Shown one piece after another: positions 1 to 10,900 of a stretch of DNA of 42,686 nucleotides. Position numbers and translations under genes: made by a program. Within the stretch, counting starts at the first letter, position 1. Every line of letters begins with the position of its first letter. The DNA is from a virus. Taxonomy: Duplodnaviria; Caudoviricetes. Below the pieces are notes generated by a model. The model was not told the origin of the DNA and made no database searches. It saw only the letters and a list, made by a program, of their open reading frames with translations. The DNA lies in the IMG/VR virus record IMGVR_UViG_3300028586_000737, positions 1-42,686 of that record; one strand, 5' to 3'.

Positions 1-612
1 TACGACATATGGCCGATCGAGCGATACAACGTCGCGCCAAGCACCAGGGTCGAAATAATCCGGCCGACAGAAGAAGGGTTGAGCGTCGACAAGGTTCGTT
101 GGGGATGGGAGCCGTTCTGGGCCAAGGGCAAGCGCCCGGCGCCGATCAATGCACGTGTCGAAACCGTCATGACAGGAAAGTTCTTCAAACAGCTTTGGCC
201 ACACGGCCGCGCGCTGGCACCTGCCAATGGCTGGTTTGAATGGGTCAAGGATCCTGAAGACCCGAAGAAGAAACAGCCCTACTACATCCGTCTGAAGAAC
301 GAGAAACCGATGTTCTTCGCGGCGTTGGCCGAAGTGCATAGCGGTCTGGAGCCACATGACGGTGACGGGTTTGTGATCATTACCGCCGAAAGTGATTCGG
401 GGATGGTGGACATTCACGATCGGCGGCCTGTGGTGTTGTCGGCAGAGGATGCGCGGGAATGGGTCGAAGCTGGGCTGTCACCTGAGCGCGCGGAGGAAAT
501 CGCGCGGGAGGCTTGCCGGCCAGTGGATGACTTTGAGTGGTTTGAAGTGGACAGGGCTGTGGGGAACGTAAGGAATCAAGGGCCAGAGCTAATCCTGCCG
601 GCACAAGCTTAG
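1..612 (+). CDS. SOS response-associated peptidase (SRAP/YedK family), 5'-truncated by the window edge
   Basis: Frame open from base 1 (RYNVAP...); motifs WG, INARxET, GWFEW, IHDRRPV, VGNVRN. Confidence 0.92.
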   Translation, partial: YDIWPIERYNVAPSTRVEIIRPTEEGLSVDKVRWGWEPFWAKGKRPAPINARVETVMTGKFFKQLWPHGRALAPANGWFEWVKDPEDPKKKQPYYIRLKNEKPMFFAALAEVHSGLEPHDGDGFVIITAESDSGMVDIHDRRPVVLSAEDAREWVEAGLSPERAEEIAREACRPVDDFEWFEVDRAVGNVRNQGPELILPAQA

Positions 613-619
613 AGGCTGG

Positions 620-1165
620 TCACGACAGCACCTTCAGCGCCTTCTCATACAGCGCTTGCCGGTCGGCCAGCCCGTTAGTGCCGCCGTTGATCCGCTTGGT
701 GATCAGCAGAAAGTCGCCCTTGTCTGCCAGCTCGTTCAGGCCGCGGCTGCTCCAATACCAGGCCGCCGACATCGCTGCATGCTCTGGTTGCTCGAGCAGC
801 TCCGGGTGATTGACCAAGTCAAGGCCAAGCGCCTCCCCGCATTCGGCATAGTTGGCCCGGCCGGTGACCTGGATCAGGCCCCGGCCACGGTAGAACTGAC
901 CGTCGCCATCGGCCTCTGGTGTGTTGCCCAGGCGCTCAGCCAGCTTGCCGGTGTCGTACTTCGACAGGTATTCACTGCCACCGAGCTCGCGCACGTAGCG
1001 GAGCTGGCCGGACTCATGGCCGATCTGGGCGATGAACGCCGCGATGCGTTCGCGGGTGATGATCTGGTATTTGCCCATGGCGGTGTTCAGTGCAGGAACA
1101 AAAACGCCGACTTTAGCGCCGGCGTTGGGGAGGATCTGCAGCAACTGCTGCGCTGTAATCGGCAT
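620..1165 (-). CDS. Glycoside hydrolase family 19 endolysin
   Basis: AAFIAQIGHESG, YRGRGLIQVTGRANY, ITKRINGGTNGLADR; GGAG RBS upstream of MPITAQQ. Confidence 0.93.
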   Translation of the reverse strand: MPITAQQLLQILPNAGAKVGVFVPALNTAMGKYQIITRERIAAFIAQIGHESGQLRYVRELGGSEYLSKYDTGKLAERLGNTPEADGDGQFYRGRGLIQVTGRANYAECGEALGLDLVNHPELLEQPEHAAMSAAWYWSSRGLNELADKGDFLLITKRINGGTNGLADRQALYEKALKVLS

Positions 1166-1167
1166 TG

Positions 1168-1542
1168 TCATACTCCGGTTGAGTTGTAGTGAGATTTTCC
1201 GCCCAGCCTGACCCCGGCCCAGAACAGCCAAGCACGCCACCGGGCGACACCCTCTGCCCGCAGTGCGCGGTATAGAACTCCATCGCACTGGCGGCGGGTC
1301 AGCTTGCCCTCGTCGTAGAGTCGATCGTGCACGGCACAGGAGGCATTGCCGTAGCCAACGAGCAGCGCATAGATCAGCAACAGCCAGAGCCGCAGCGCTC
1401 GGATCGACGCGAAGTTGGTCAGGTAACCGACCTCGACGACGATCAGTCCGTGCTCAGGGTCGGCCAGCTGCAGCTCGCGGATGATCCGCCACTGCCAGCG
1501 GCCCAGTTGTTCCGCTGCCAGGGGCGCGATGAAGTAGCTCAT
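1168..1542 (-). CDS. DUF1353-like phage protein
   Basis: GYLTNFASI, AVHDRLY, R..CD.V.YRAL, WAGVRLGG motifs. Confidence 0.8.
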   Translation of the reverse strand: MSYFIAPLAAEQLGRWQWRIIRELQLADPEHGLIVVEVGYLTNFASIRALRLWLLLIYALLVGYGNASCAVHDRLYDEGKLTRRQCDGVLYRALRAEGVARWRAWLFWAGVRLGGKSHYNSTGV

Positions 1543-1555
1543 GGTTCCTCCGGGC

Positions 1556-1580
1556 ACAAAAAAACCGCACGTCGGCGGCT
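1556..1580 (-). terminator. Probable intrinsic terminator after tail fibre genes
   Basis: Minus strand GCCGCCGACGTGCGG hairpin followed by T7. Confidence 0.5.
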
Positions 1581-1650
1581 GGGGTCTGGGGATGTGTCCC
1601 GCTCATTATCTGCCTCGTCAGAGAGGTATGAATGGACGGAGGCAATCGAA

Positions 1651-1794
1651 ATGAATTTGAAATACGCGGTTTTGTTGACGCTAGCGATGCTCGCAGGATG
1701 CAATCACTACAACCCTGGCGAGTACAGAGGGATACACAACGCCGGCACTATTCCGTGCAATGGGACGCCGCCCAATCAGCCTGGGTGCTATTAG
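1651..1794 (+). CDS. Small 47-aa lipoprotein (moron, opposite strand to the late operon)
   Basis: GGAGG RBS at 1638-1642; MNLKYAVLLTLAMLAG-C signal peptide with LAGC lipobox. Confidence 0.7.
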   Translation: MNLKYAVLLTLAMLAGCNHYNPGEYRGIHNAGTIPCNGTPPNQPGCY

Positions 1795-1810
1795 GCTGAA
1801 TCTGTATTCG

Positions 1811-2329
1811 TTACGCGGGCCAGCCCTGGTCGAGCATTTCGGCGGTGATGGTCCCGTCGACGACCGCAGCCTGAAGCTCGGCCTCACGATTGAAACAGTC
1901 CTGAACGTGATCGCTCACCGCGTCGGCCATGATCAACACTTGGGCGGCAGGCAGATCCACGAAGCCTTCGAACGTTTTCCACTTCAGCGTGTAGTTGCTG
2001 TCGCGGGCGGCGCGAGAGGCGGCACCATTGACCAGCAACTTGCTGCGGTCGTCCGTTTCGATGGGAAGGCCGCCGAGCGTTATGCCGCTTACCTCGGCTT
2101 GATACCGGCGAGTCGCGATCAGGGGCAGCCAGTCAGGCTCAGGGAGTGGCAGTTGCTCGGGAGCTTTCGACAGCTTCTCCCATGCCGATCCAGACCAGCG
2201 CGCGACCTGAGTGCCGGTGGTTTTTGGTGGCGCTGTTGGGGTAGTTCTCAGTGGCAGCGCATCCAAAGGATCGACTTCGAACACAACTGAGTTGTGAAGA
2301 TTTTGATTATCCCATTGGTAAAGTTTCAT
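1811..2329 (-). CDS. Tail fibre assembly-like protein (DUF4376-like)
   Basis: Follows the fibre gene; RRYQAEVSGI, TDDRSK, WKT..GFV.L, HVQDCF.RE motifs. Confidence 0.8.
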   Translation of the reverse strand: MKLYQWDNQNLHNSVVFEVDPLDALPLRTTPTAPPKTTGTQVARWSGSAWEKLSKAPEQLPLPEPDWLPLIATRRYQAEVSGITLGGLPIETDDRSKLLVNGAASRAARDSNYTLKWKTFEGFVDLPAAQVLIMADAVSDHVQDCFNREAELQAAVVDGTITAEMLDQGWPA

Positions 2330-4020
2330 TACGCCACCTCCAGAACTTTGATAAACGACTTCAATCCACTCGGCGCAGTTACGTTAGGCAGTGCGAACTG
2401 ACTATTGGTATCGTAACCAAAAGCGGGCAGCGCCTTCGACAGGCGGTTTGTGGCCGTGTTGCCAGCCCCCAGTGACAAGAGCACTCCCAAACCTGCATCG
2501 GTAGGCTGAGAGAAAATCAACGCCTGAGAGCTGGCAATGAGACTAAACACAGCCGTGGCCGGAACGTATTGATACAGCGTTTGACTAGAACTCGCGTGTA
2601 AAAATATTTTGTCGTAAGCAAAAATAGCCGAGAAAATCGTACTGGTTAGCGTGCCGATCGGGAACGTAGAAAATGTTTGTGAATCGTCCAAACTTCTTTT
2701 CGTCGTTTGAGGGTTACTTGTTAGCAACAACCACTGGCCTAGCTTGTCTGTCGCAATATTGATAACTCCGGCTTGCGCCACGTTAACCCATGTTAAGCCA
2801 TAGTCTGTACTCTTCTTACAGGTGCTTTGATCGCTAATCATGACTGTGCCAGACAAATTGGAGCAAGCCGCATACATAGCTCTGGCAGTCCCGAACCCCG
2901 GATTAATGGGAGTCCACGTCGCACCATTATCCTGAGTTCTGAGCAAAACGGTGTTAAAGCTGCACAGTAAAATAAAAACTCCCGGTGCTATGTAGCAAAC
3001 CCTCCACCATCGCCCGGCGCCGGATATCACGGCACTAGCTGTTATGGTTTGCCATGTCCTACCATCATCAACACTCCTAAATATTTTTAACGTGCCATCA
3101 CCCGACACAGCCCCATCGCTAACAATCCAAGTACCGTTATTATCAGTATCGATACCGCCATCACCAATGGACTTGCTGATATTGGCATCCGCAAACGCAA
3201 AGGCTTCCCATGTAACGCCTCTATCTGGACTTCTGTATATCGGAGCCCCGGCCGTATTATTAGCCGCTAGTACGGTACCATTCGACGAAGCCTTTACAGA
3301 CGTTGCTGCAATAGGCAGGTTAAAGCCGCCTGTTACCCAGCTTTCACCGACCACCCCACCCACCAAGCCGACCTGGGAAAATAACAGTGGATAGGCCGCC
3401 TGGGAACGGATACTTCCGTTGGCGGGCAGATACAGCGGACCTGGATTTCTGCTGGTGATCAGCACGTCGCCCACCTGCTGCCCGGCGTAATCCCAGTACG
3501 GAGCCTTCGCAGAATTGAGTAGCACGGATTGCCCAGGCTTGCCGGTGGTTGGATTCGGAAGACCGTAGATCCAAGCCACACCATTGGACGTAGCATTTAC
3601 GCCAAGCACCTTGTAGGCATTGCCCGCCAGCGATGGCAGTCCGGCTGCAGACTGGATAGCAGCAGCTACTGCTTGGGCACTGGCCAAGGCGGCCTGAGCA
3701 TCTGTTTTTGCTATCGCGGCAGCCTGCGCCTGAGCCGCCGCCAGTGCAACCTGCGCAGCCCCGTTAGTTGTGGCCTGATTCGCCGAATTCGCCGCGGCCG
3801 TTGCTGAGGTAGCGGATGCTGTGGCCGAGGTAGCCGCCGCTTGCCGGTAGCCATCAATGGCGGTGACTTGCTGGCCGATCCATGTCAGCGAGGCGTTGAT
3901 CTGCACAACCATGGGCGGCATGGCAGCAATGAACGGATCCGCATATTGATTGAATGACTCTTGTCCATCAGCACGCGACGGCGCTCTTGGAAGCGGTGTA
4001 ACAGTCGGTATAGCCATCAA
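2329..4020 (-). CDS. Tail fibre/receptor-binding protein with Ala-rich stalk, collar-like segment and Asp-box (BNR) beta-propeller
   Basis: SPDRGVTW, SVDDGRTW, TQDNGATW, STDYGLTW, SLDDSQTF repeats; last position in the tail module. Confidence 0.8.
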   Translation of the reverse strand: MMAIPTVTPLPRAPSRADGQESFNQYADPFIAAMPPMVVQINASLTWIGQQVTAIDGYRQAAATSATASATSATAAANSANQATTNGAAQVALAAAQAQAAAIAKTDAQAALASAQAVAAAIQSAAGLPSLAGNAYKVLGVNATSNGVAWIYGLPNPTTGKPGQSVLLNSAKAPYWDYAGQQVGDVLITSRNPGPLYLPANGSIRSQAAYPLLFSQVGLVGGVVGESWVTGGFNLPIAATSVKASSNGTVLAANNTAGAPIYRSPDRGVTWEAFAFADANISKSIGDGGIDTDNNGTWIVSDGAVSGDGTLKIFRSVDDGRTWQTITASAVISGAGRWWRVCYIAPGVFILLCSFNTVLLRTQDNGATWTPINPGFGTARAMYAACSNLSGTVMISDQSTCKKSTDYGLTWVNVAQAGVINIATDKLGQWLLLTSNPQTTKRSLDDSQTFSTFPIGTLTSTIFSAIFAYDKIFLHASSSQTLYQYVPATAVFSLIASSQALIFSQPTDAGLGVLLSLGAGNTATNRLSKALPAFGYDTNSQFALPNVTAPSGLKSFIKVLEVA

Positions 4021-4910
4021 ATAAGTCCTTCAATGGAAAGCTGGCAGTCAGAAGCCTCCGGCCCGGAATAGATCAGGTCGAATGATTTGAAAAAGCCGTA
4101 AATAATGGTCGCTTCGTAGGTTTCCTCGCCGATCCAGACAACTGGCTTGGCGCGGATCTCGGTCAGCAGCTTCTTGATCTTGGCCACCTGATCGGTAGCG
4201 ACGACGACAGGGAAATCGCCCGTGTCCGAGAATGCTCCCGGCACCACCCTCAAGTTGCCGAACCTGTCGCGCTCCTTGCGGCTGTAGTCATCAATCCCGA
4301 CCTTGGCGCTGTAAGTAGTGATACCGATCGGCACCAACTTGCCCAACACCAGCGCACCTAAAGCAGCTGTTGAGCTGCTGGTGACAGTGACCGTGATGCT
4401 GGCCGTTCCGTACGCAGGCATATCCAGCATGACGAGGCTGTTTCGCGCGTCGATATCGGCAAAGAACCAGTCATACCAGTTGTCGACTGCCGCATCGATG
4501 AGGCTGATTGTCTTTGAGTAGACCTGCCCCTCTAAAGGGTCGGTGACAGTGACGGTGACGGACTGGCCCTGGACGTTGAACAGGGCAAGCGCGTTGACCA
4601 CAGAGCCAGGCTTGATAGTTACCGTTACGGTGCCCGGGTTGGACGTTGCCGTTCCGACTATTTCGTCAAGCATCCGCCAGCGATTGGTGTAGCCGACTTC
4701 CATCCACGTCGGTGGATCGGCCGCAAGACCGGCCAGCGGACTGTCGGTCGTCGTCGCGGCCAGCACTTCGTAAACCTTATGCTGGGCGGCGATGATCTTT
4801 CGGACTCCGATGGTGTTGGTACCTGCGACCCACTCTGGGTAATCATTTTCCAACACATTGGAATCGATCAGCTTGGCGGGAGTGACCTCAATCGGTCTGA
4901 TGAACCTCAT
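4017..4910 (-). CDS. Tail tip/distal tail protein (putative)
   Basis: Beta-rich 297 aa, coupled by 4-bp overlaps between tape measure and fibre genes. Confidence 0.6.
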   Translation of the reverse strand: MRFIRPIEVTPAKLIDSNVLENDYPEWVAGTNTIGVRKIIAAQHKVYEVLAATTTDSPLAGLAADPPTWMEVGYTNRWRMLDEIVGTATSNPGTVTVTIKPGSVVNALALFNVQGQSVTVTVTDPLEGQVYSKTISLIDAAVDNWYDWFFADIDARNSLVMLDMPAYGTASITVTVTSSSTAALGALVLGKLVPIGITTYSAKVGIDDYSRKERDRFGNLRVVPGAFSDTGDFPVVVATDQVAKIKKLLTEIRAKPVVWIGEETYEATIIYGFFKSFDLIYSGPEASDCQLSIEGLI

Positions 4911-7900
4911 GCGGACACACTCGCTTTTCTGGTGGGTGGCATACCGTCCTTGTCGAACTTCTCGAACAACTTCCGGCTTTTCTCCGAATCGATCTTCATT
5001 GGCCCAACGATCTGTTTCACGACGTCGATCAGGGTGTCGACCTTGCGCTCCAAGGCGTCACTTCCCTTGCGGTCGTCACTTTCCACTGAGGCCGCTTGCG
5101 GTGCGCTGTAGATCTGGCCGGGCTTGGTGATATTCAACACCGGGCCGCCCGACGCGAACGCAGGCATGTTCCCTGCGTTCATCTGATCAAGAAACTCGGT
5201 ACCAAACATCCGGGTTGCATCGGCGTTCATGACGTATTCGCCGTTGGATAGCCTGGCCAAAATGCTGTCGCTGGTGCCGTTGCCAGGCCCGTACACCCGG
5301 CCGCCCGTTGCGTACGCTGGGACCGAGCCGTTTGCTTTGGCGGCGTTGGCAATGGCTTGTTCCAGCTGCGCAATGGTCAGCGCACCAGAGGCGACCTGAT
5401 CGCTCCAATACTTCGCGCCCGCCGCGTCCGCTGCATGGCCGAGGCTCGACTGATACGCCGACTTGATCGCGTTCTCAGTGGCGGCGTTCTTGATCGCCAC
5501 CGCCAGCTGATCCAAGCCTACGGAGCCGTTGCCGACCTGCCCCTGCCAGTATTCCTTGCCCTTCGCGTCTGCGTTCTTGCCCAGCAGGCTCTGATAAACG
5601 GTGTCTATCAACGTGCCGGTGTTGGTGGCAGTCGATGGCTTGATCACGCCGAGCGCAGCCACGACGGCCGCGTTCATTGTGTTCACGGCGTCGGTAACAC
5701 TCATGATCGAGTTGTCGACACCGTTGATGGCATCGATCTGCGCCTGGGCGAACTCAAGCTGTTGATCGAAAACGGCCATCTGGTCGTCGTAGGTGGTCTT
5801 GGCCTGCTTGAGTTGATCCTCCAGCGATTTGACCAGCTTTTCCGCACTGGTGAGCTGCTTGCCGTTCAAGGCATTGAGCTCGGCCACCACGTTGGCTGTT
5901 CGACCCTGATCGCGGTTGAATTCCTCCAAAGAGGAATACAGATCCGTGTTGTTGCTGCCGACCGTCGCGAGCGCATCATCAAGCCCGGTGATGCTGGACA
6001 GCGAACCGCCCGCCTTCGCCGTGGCAAGCGCCGACTGCAGCGTGGCCTGAGCCTGGCTGCGCAACATCTTCACTGCATCGTCCGACGTGCCACGCAGCTC
6101 CTTGAGCGCGCTGCCCAGAGAATTGCTGACAGAGGTCAGGTCGCTGACATTCTTCGAGGCAGTGCTCGACATATCATTGAGTGCCGCAACGCGCGCGTTG
6201 TAAGCATCGGTCGTTGTTTTCTGCTGTGCTGCGATCGCTCGCTGCACTGCAGACTGACTTGTGGTCGCAGCGCCCACCAACTTGTCCATGATCGCCTGTA
6301 CAGCTTCGGCAGCCGCATCGGCGGCAGTCTTCGCAGCAGCAGTCGCGTCGTCGGCGCGCTTCTCCAGAATGGCGTATGCAGCTGAGGCACTATCGCTCAG
6401 GCCTGTCAGGGTAAAGAACATCGCGCGGCCGGCGTCGGTGGTGCTGTCGATACCCTCCACCATCGACCGGAACCCGGCTTTAGTGCCCGGTAACTTCAGG
6501 CCGAGCGCTTCAAACTGTTTGTTCACGGCGGACAAGGTGTCGTCGGCCCGCTCGGTTTCGCTGAAGAAGGCTTCGTAGTAAGACTGCGACGACTTCTGCA
6601 GCGCTTCCATGCCGCCGGCCATGGCCACGTACTGCTCCGTCAGCTTGCCGCCCCAGACAGACACGGGCAGAGCGTTGACGTTGAGCAGTTCAAACATGCC
6701 GTTGATGCTGTACAGGTTGTCCACGAACTCCGTCAGTTGCACGAAGTTGTAATTACCTATCCCGGCATTGGTTGCGTCTGAAATCGCTGTGATCGCCGAC
6801 TGGCCAAGCTCGGTGAACCACCCGTCTAGGGCGGTGTTGATTTCTTCCTCGGTTCGCCCCTGGGTACTGATGTACTGGGTGGCCATGTTCAGGTTGTCGA
6901 GAACGCTGTCATTCATCGTCACGTTCAGACGGTGAAAGTTGTTCAGCGCGGTCAGAATTGTCTCGTTGTACTTCTGGCCCAAGGCATCGCTGACGCCCTC
7001 CGCCAGCGGCGTATCCAGGTATCTGGTTTTGCTAGAACCGGATATCAGACCGGCCTTTTTCTTCTGCTTGATGTAACCGGTGGCGTCGAACTGGCCGTCG
7101 TCCACTCCCAGGGCAATACCTGAATCCTTGGTCTGGTAACCGCTGCCAAACAGCTTGCTGCCGACCTTGCTCCATACAGCCTGGAACAGTGTCGAGCCGG
7201 TCAGAATCGCAGCGAACTTGCCGCCCACGAACTTGCCCAGCAGGCCGTCCATTTTTTCGAAGTACTTGGCGGTCAGTGTTTGCGGAAGCATGGCCGCCTT
7301 GCCCAGCGCAGTGTCGCCTGCGCTGTCCCACATCTCACTGGCGTCCGGACGAACACCCGCGCTGTACAGCTTGCCGGACTGATACATCCCCATGATGATT
7401 GCCAGCGGCCACATTGCCGCCGCGCTGCTCAGGGCTGCGCTTACCTGACCGCCCAGAGTGGCGGCCGTCGCGGCTGCACCCGCCTCGGCAGCGGCGTAGG
7501 ACGCAGCTGTCATGGCGGTGACGCCCGTGCCGAACTGAGCGCCGACCGTGGCAGCGCCTTGGCCAATAGCACCCGAAAGCGCCGCAGCGGTGACGCCTTC
7601 CGCGCCGACAATGGCTGCGGCGTTGGCTGCAGTGGCACCCGTAAACGTCGTGACCAGCGAGGAAAAGCCCGACTGAAGCGTGTTGCTGATACCCGTCAGC
7701 ATGTTGCCGTAATAGCTCACGCCACCCGACACGGCGCCACTGACGCCGCCAGATGCGTAACCGGTCGCAACTGAAGAGCCTACGCCGGTCACAGTGTTCC
7801 AGGCAGAGATCAGGTTTTGACCGATCCCGGCCATACCGCTCCAAAGGCCGCCACTTGAAGAACCCGACGACGTGCCGCCAGCGCTCCCGAGCAACTTGGC

Positions 7901-10900
7901 CCAGACAGACCCAAGGCCCTGCCCGTTGTCGGTACCGGTCAGCCAGTTACTGAACGAAGCCAGCAACGGCTTGGTGGTCAACATGTGGGCAATCTCGCCC
8001 AGGGTTTGTTTGAAACCCTTCTTGAGGTTGTCCCACAACGATTCGGCGCCGTCACCGATGTTGGCCCAGGCGTTTGCGAACACGCTGTCGATACGATCGA
8101 TAGCGGCTTCGGTCATCTGGCCCCACAGCGTGGCCTTTGAGCGGTTCACCTCGTATTCATTGCCCAACTTCACCAGGGCATCGCGGTACAACGCCGCGTT
8201 TTCCGGGTAAAGCGCCATCGCAGAATTGAGCGCCTTCTGCTCTTCGGTGTAGTCCTTCAGCAGCTTGATCTGAGGGTTCAGGCGGTCGACGATGTCGTTG
8301 GCTTTGTTCGCGGCCTCCAGCGCCTTGTTTGCGTCGAGTTGCGCCTTGGTCATGGCGAGCAACTGCGTGTATTCCTCGCTGCCCAATGCAATGTTCTTGC
8401 CCGCCAGCTCGGCCTTCACGGCCTTTTCGACGTTGAACGCCTCAAGCGCGGCGGTGCCCTGCAAGGTGGCCTTGGCCTCTTTTTCGAGGTTCTGAACCTC
8501 GACCTTCATGCCTGCGATTGTCTTGGCGACGTCGAGCCGATCCTGCGCATCATGCTGGGCGTTGATTGCCGCCGTGACCTTGTCCCGCGCACCGGCGCCG
8601 GTCTTCAATACCTCGGTTTCAATCTCCTGCTTGATGGTCAGCTCACGCACATTATCGGCGCCAGCCAGGTATGCATTGGCCATGGCCGTGGCCGACTTGA
8701 TAGCAATGTCAGAGGTCTTTGTGAATTCCTCCAACGCCTTGCGCTGCTTATCAATCAGCTTTTCACCGTCGCTCTTTTTGGCCTTGTTCGGATCGGTACT
8801 GGCGACGATACGGTTCATTGCGGCTTCTGCACGGTCCTCTGGGCTCGACCCAGGCAAAACAGGCGTAGGTAGTGGAGCTGCGCCGTTAGTGAGCAGCGAG
8901 TATCCAGAACGATTGGCCTGAGGTGCTGAGGCACCCATAGCAACGCGCGTGGCAGAGGCAACAGCGAAGTTCGCAGCCTGCTCGAGTGCCGTAATTTGCC
9001 GAAGGGAGCTGCTTTCCGCTGCGGCGGCGGTATCGGCATAGGCCTTGCTCTGCACGGCAGCGGCTTTCGTCGCCGCATCCTCGGCTGCGTAGAGAGCGAC
9101 CAATTGCAGTTTGAGGCTCTGCTGCTGGACCTTGCTTCCGTCTTTGACTGCGTCCTGATACTTTTTCAGGATGTCAGTCTGTTCAGCGATGATTTTCGCC
9201 TGGGCAGCCTGAGCTGGAGTCGCCCCCATTTTCGCAGCGGTGTAAGCGGCCTCTGCCTCTGCATTCGCGCCGAGCAAATCACGGGTTTTGGTCAATTGCT
9301 CAATGTATTTGTCCCACGCGTCCTTGGAGGCCTGCGTTTGGCCGCCTTTCGACTGGGCGTCCTTCAGCCGCTCCGTGCTGGAGGTTGCTTTGGAAGTTGC
9401 GGAATCAACACCATTGATTTTTTTCCCAAAGTCGGCGGCTTCCTTTGTGCTTTTTTGGTACTCGCTCGCTAAAACCGCGAGCTCTTTGCTGAACGCCGGA
9501 TACAGCTTTGTGTTTTTTTCGATCCAGGCAGTGACGCTGTCCAGTGTCTTGCGACCGGCCTCTACGTCCTCAATCATTCCTCGAAATTCGGCCGCCATCG
9601 GGCCGAGATTGATCCCGCGCTCTACTTTGTAAGTGTAGGAATCAAGAGCATCGCTCGCGGCCTCGATAGCTTTAATCTGCTGCTCAGCCCAGGTGATTTT
9701 TTGCAGGCGCTGCTGCTCTGCCGAAAGAGCCTTGTACTGGGCAATCGACTCTTCAACTGTGGTGTTGTGTCCGATCAGAGAGTTGGTCGCACTGTCTGCG
9801 CTGGTACCCACGTTGAAAAACGAATACGCCACTGCGGCCGTCATGGCGATCAACCCCACCGGACCAGTGAGCAGCGCAAGCAAGCCTCTTCCCGCAGCGC
9901 CGACAAGCAGCATTGCTTTACTCGCACTGGTCGCAGCGGCAGTAGCAGCTTCAGAAGCCCTGATTGCAGCATTGGCGGCCAAAGTTGCTTCAGCAGCTCC
10001 AGCAGCTGCTACCCCACGCGCGGCATAAGCGGCCTGAATCTCGGCAGAGGTGGCAGCGGTGGTAGCAGCTAATTGAAGCTCCGCTTCTTGGATCTGGCGG
10101 ATGATGGCAACTTCTGCCAAACGTGCCTCGGCCATTCTGTTTCGAGCGGCCGCCCGGCCCTGCTCGGTGATTTGAGCCGATAAACGCTGTTCTTCAAGAA
10201 TACGCTCGGCGGCGAGCGTCGTTTGCACGGTCTTCAGGTTGTTGATTTCGGACTGCTGGCGCATGCGGTCTGCACCCAGCTTCTGCTCGGCGGCGAGAAT
10301 CTCGGCAGTGGCGCTTGCAAGCACCGATTTGGCGGCTTCCTGACGCAATTGAGCAACCCGGACGACCTGCTTAGCAGCAGCCGCATCAGCCTCAACTTGA
10401 CGCAAAGTAGCCGTCGTGGAGGTAGCGAGCCCAATGGCCTGTTGCAGTGCTGCCTTCGTAGACGCTGCAAAACCGATAACCATTTGGCCAGCAGCCAGTG
10501 CCAGTCGCCCACCGATGATGACGGCAAGGGTCTCTGCCACGCTTGAAACTCGCGCGAATGTTCGCTCTACGGCAGCAGAGTCAGCTGTGAGCGTATCAAT
10601 AGCTTTGGAAACATCCACAATGACGCTCGCAACACGGGCGCTTGCGTTGCCGGCCTGATCAACACGGCCGATCAGCTGTGTATATGAGTTGCCGATTGCC
10701 GTGACGCTGTTGCCTATCGTGACAGCGGTTTTCGCATAAAGGCTCTCGACGGCCTTTTCCTGACTTTGAAGGGCCTTCACAACTGCATCGGCGGTCAGCT
10801 TTCCGTCCGCGCCAAGCGTGCGGAGCTGCCCCACAGTCTTGCCCATGCCTGTCGCGATAGCCTGCGCCAGCGCTGGAGCCTGTTCCATGACGCTGTTCAG

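Noticed and set aside
2329-4020. Tail-fibre diversification by DGR or invertible shufflon
   Set aside because: No reverse transcriptase, template repeat, adjacent invertase or inverted crossover sites seen
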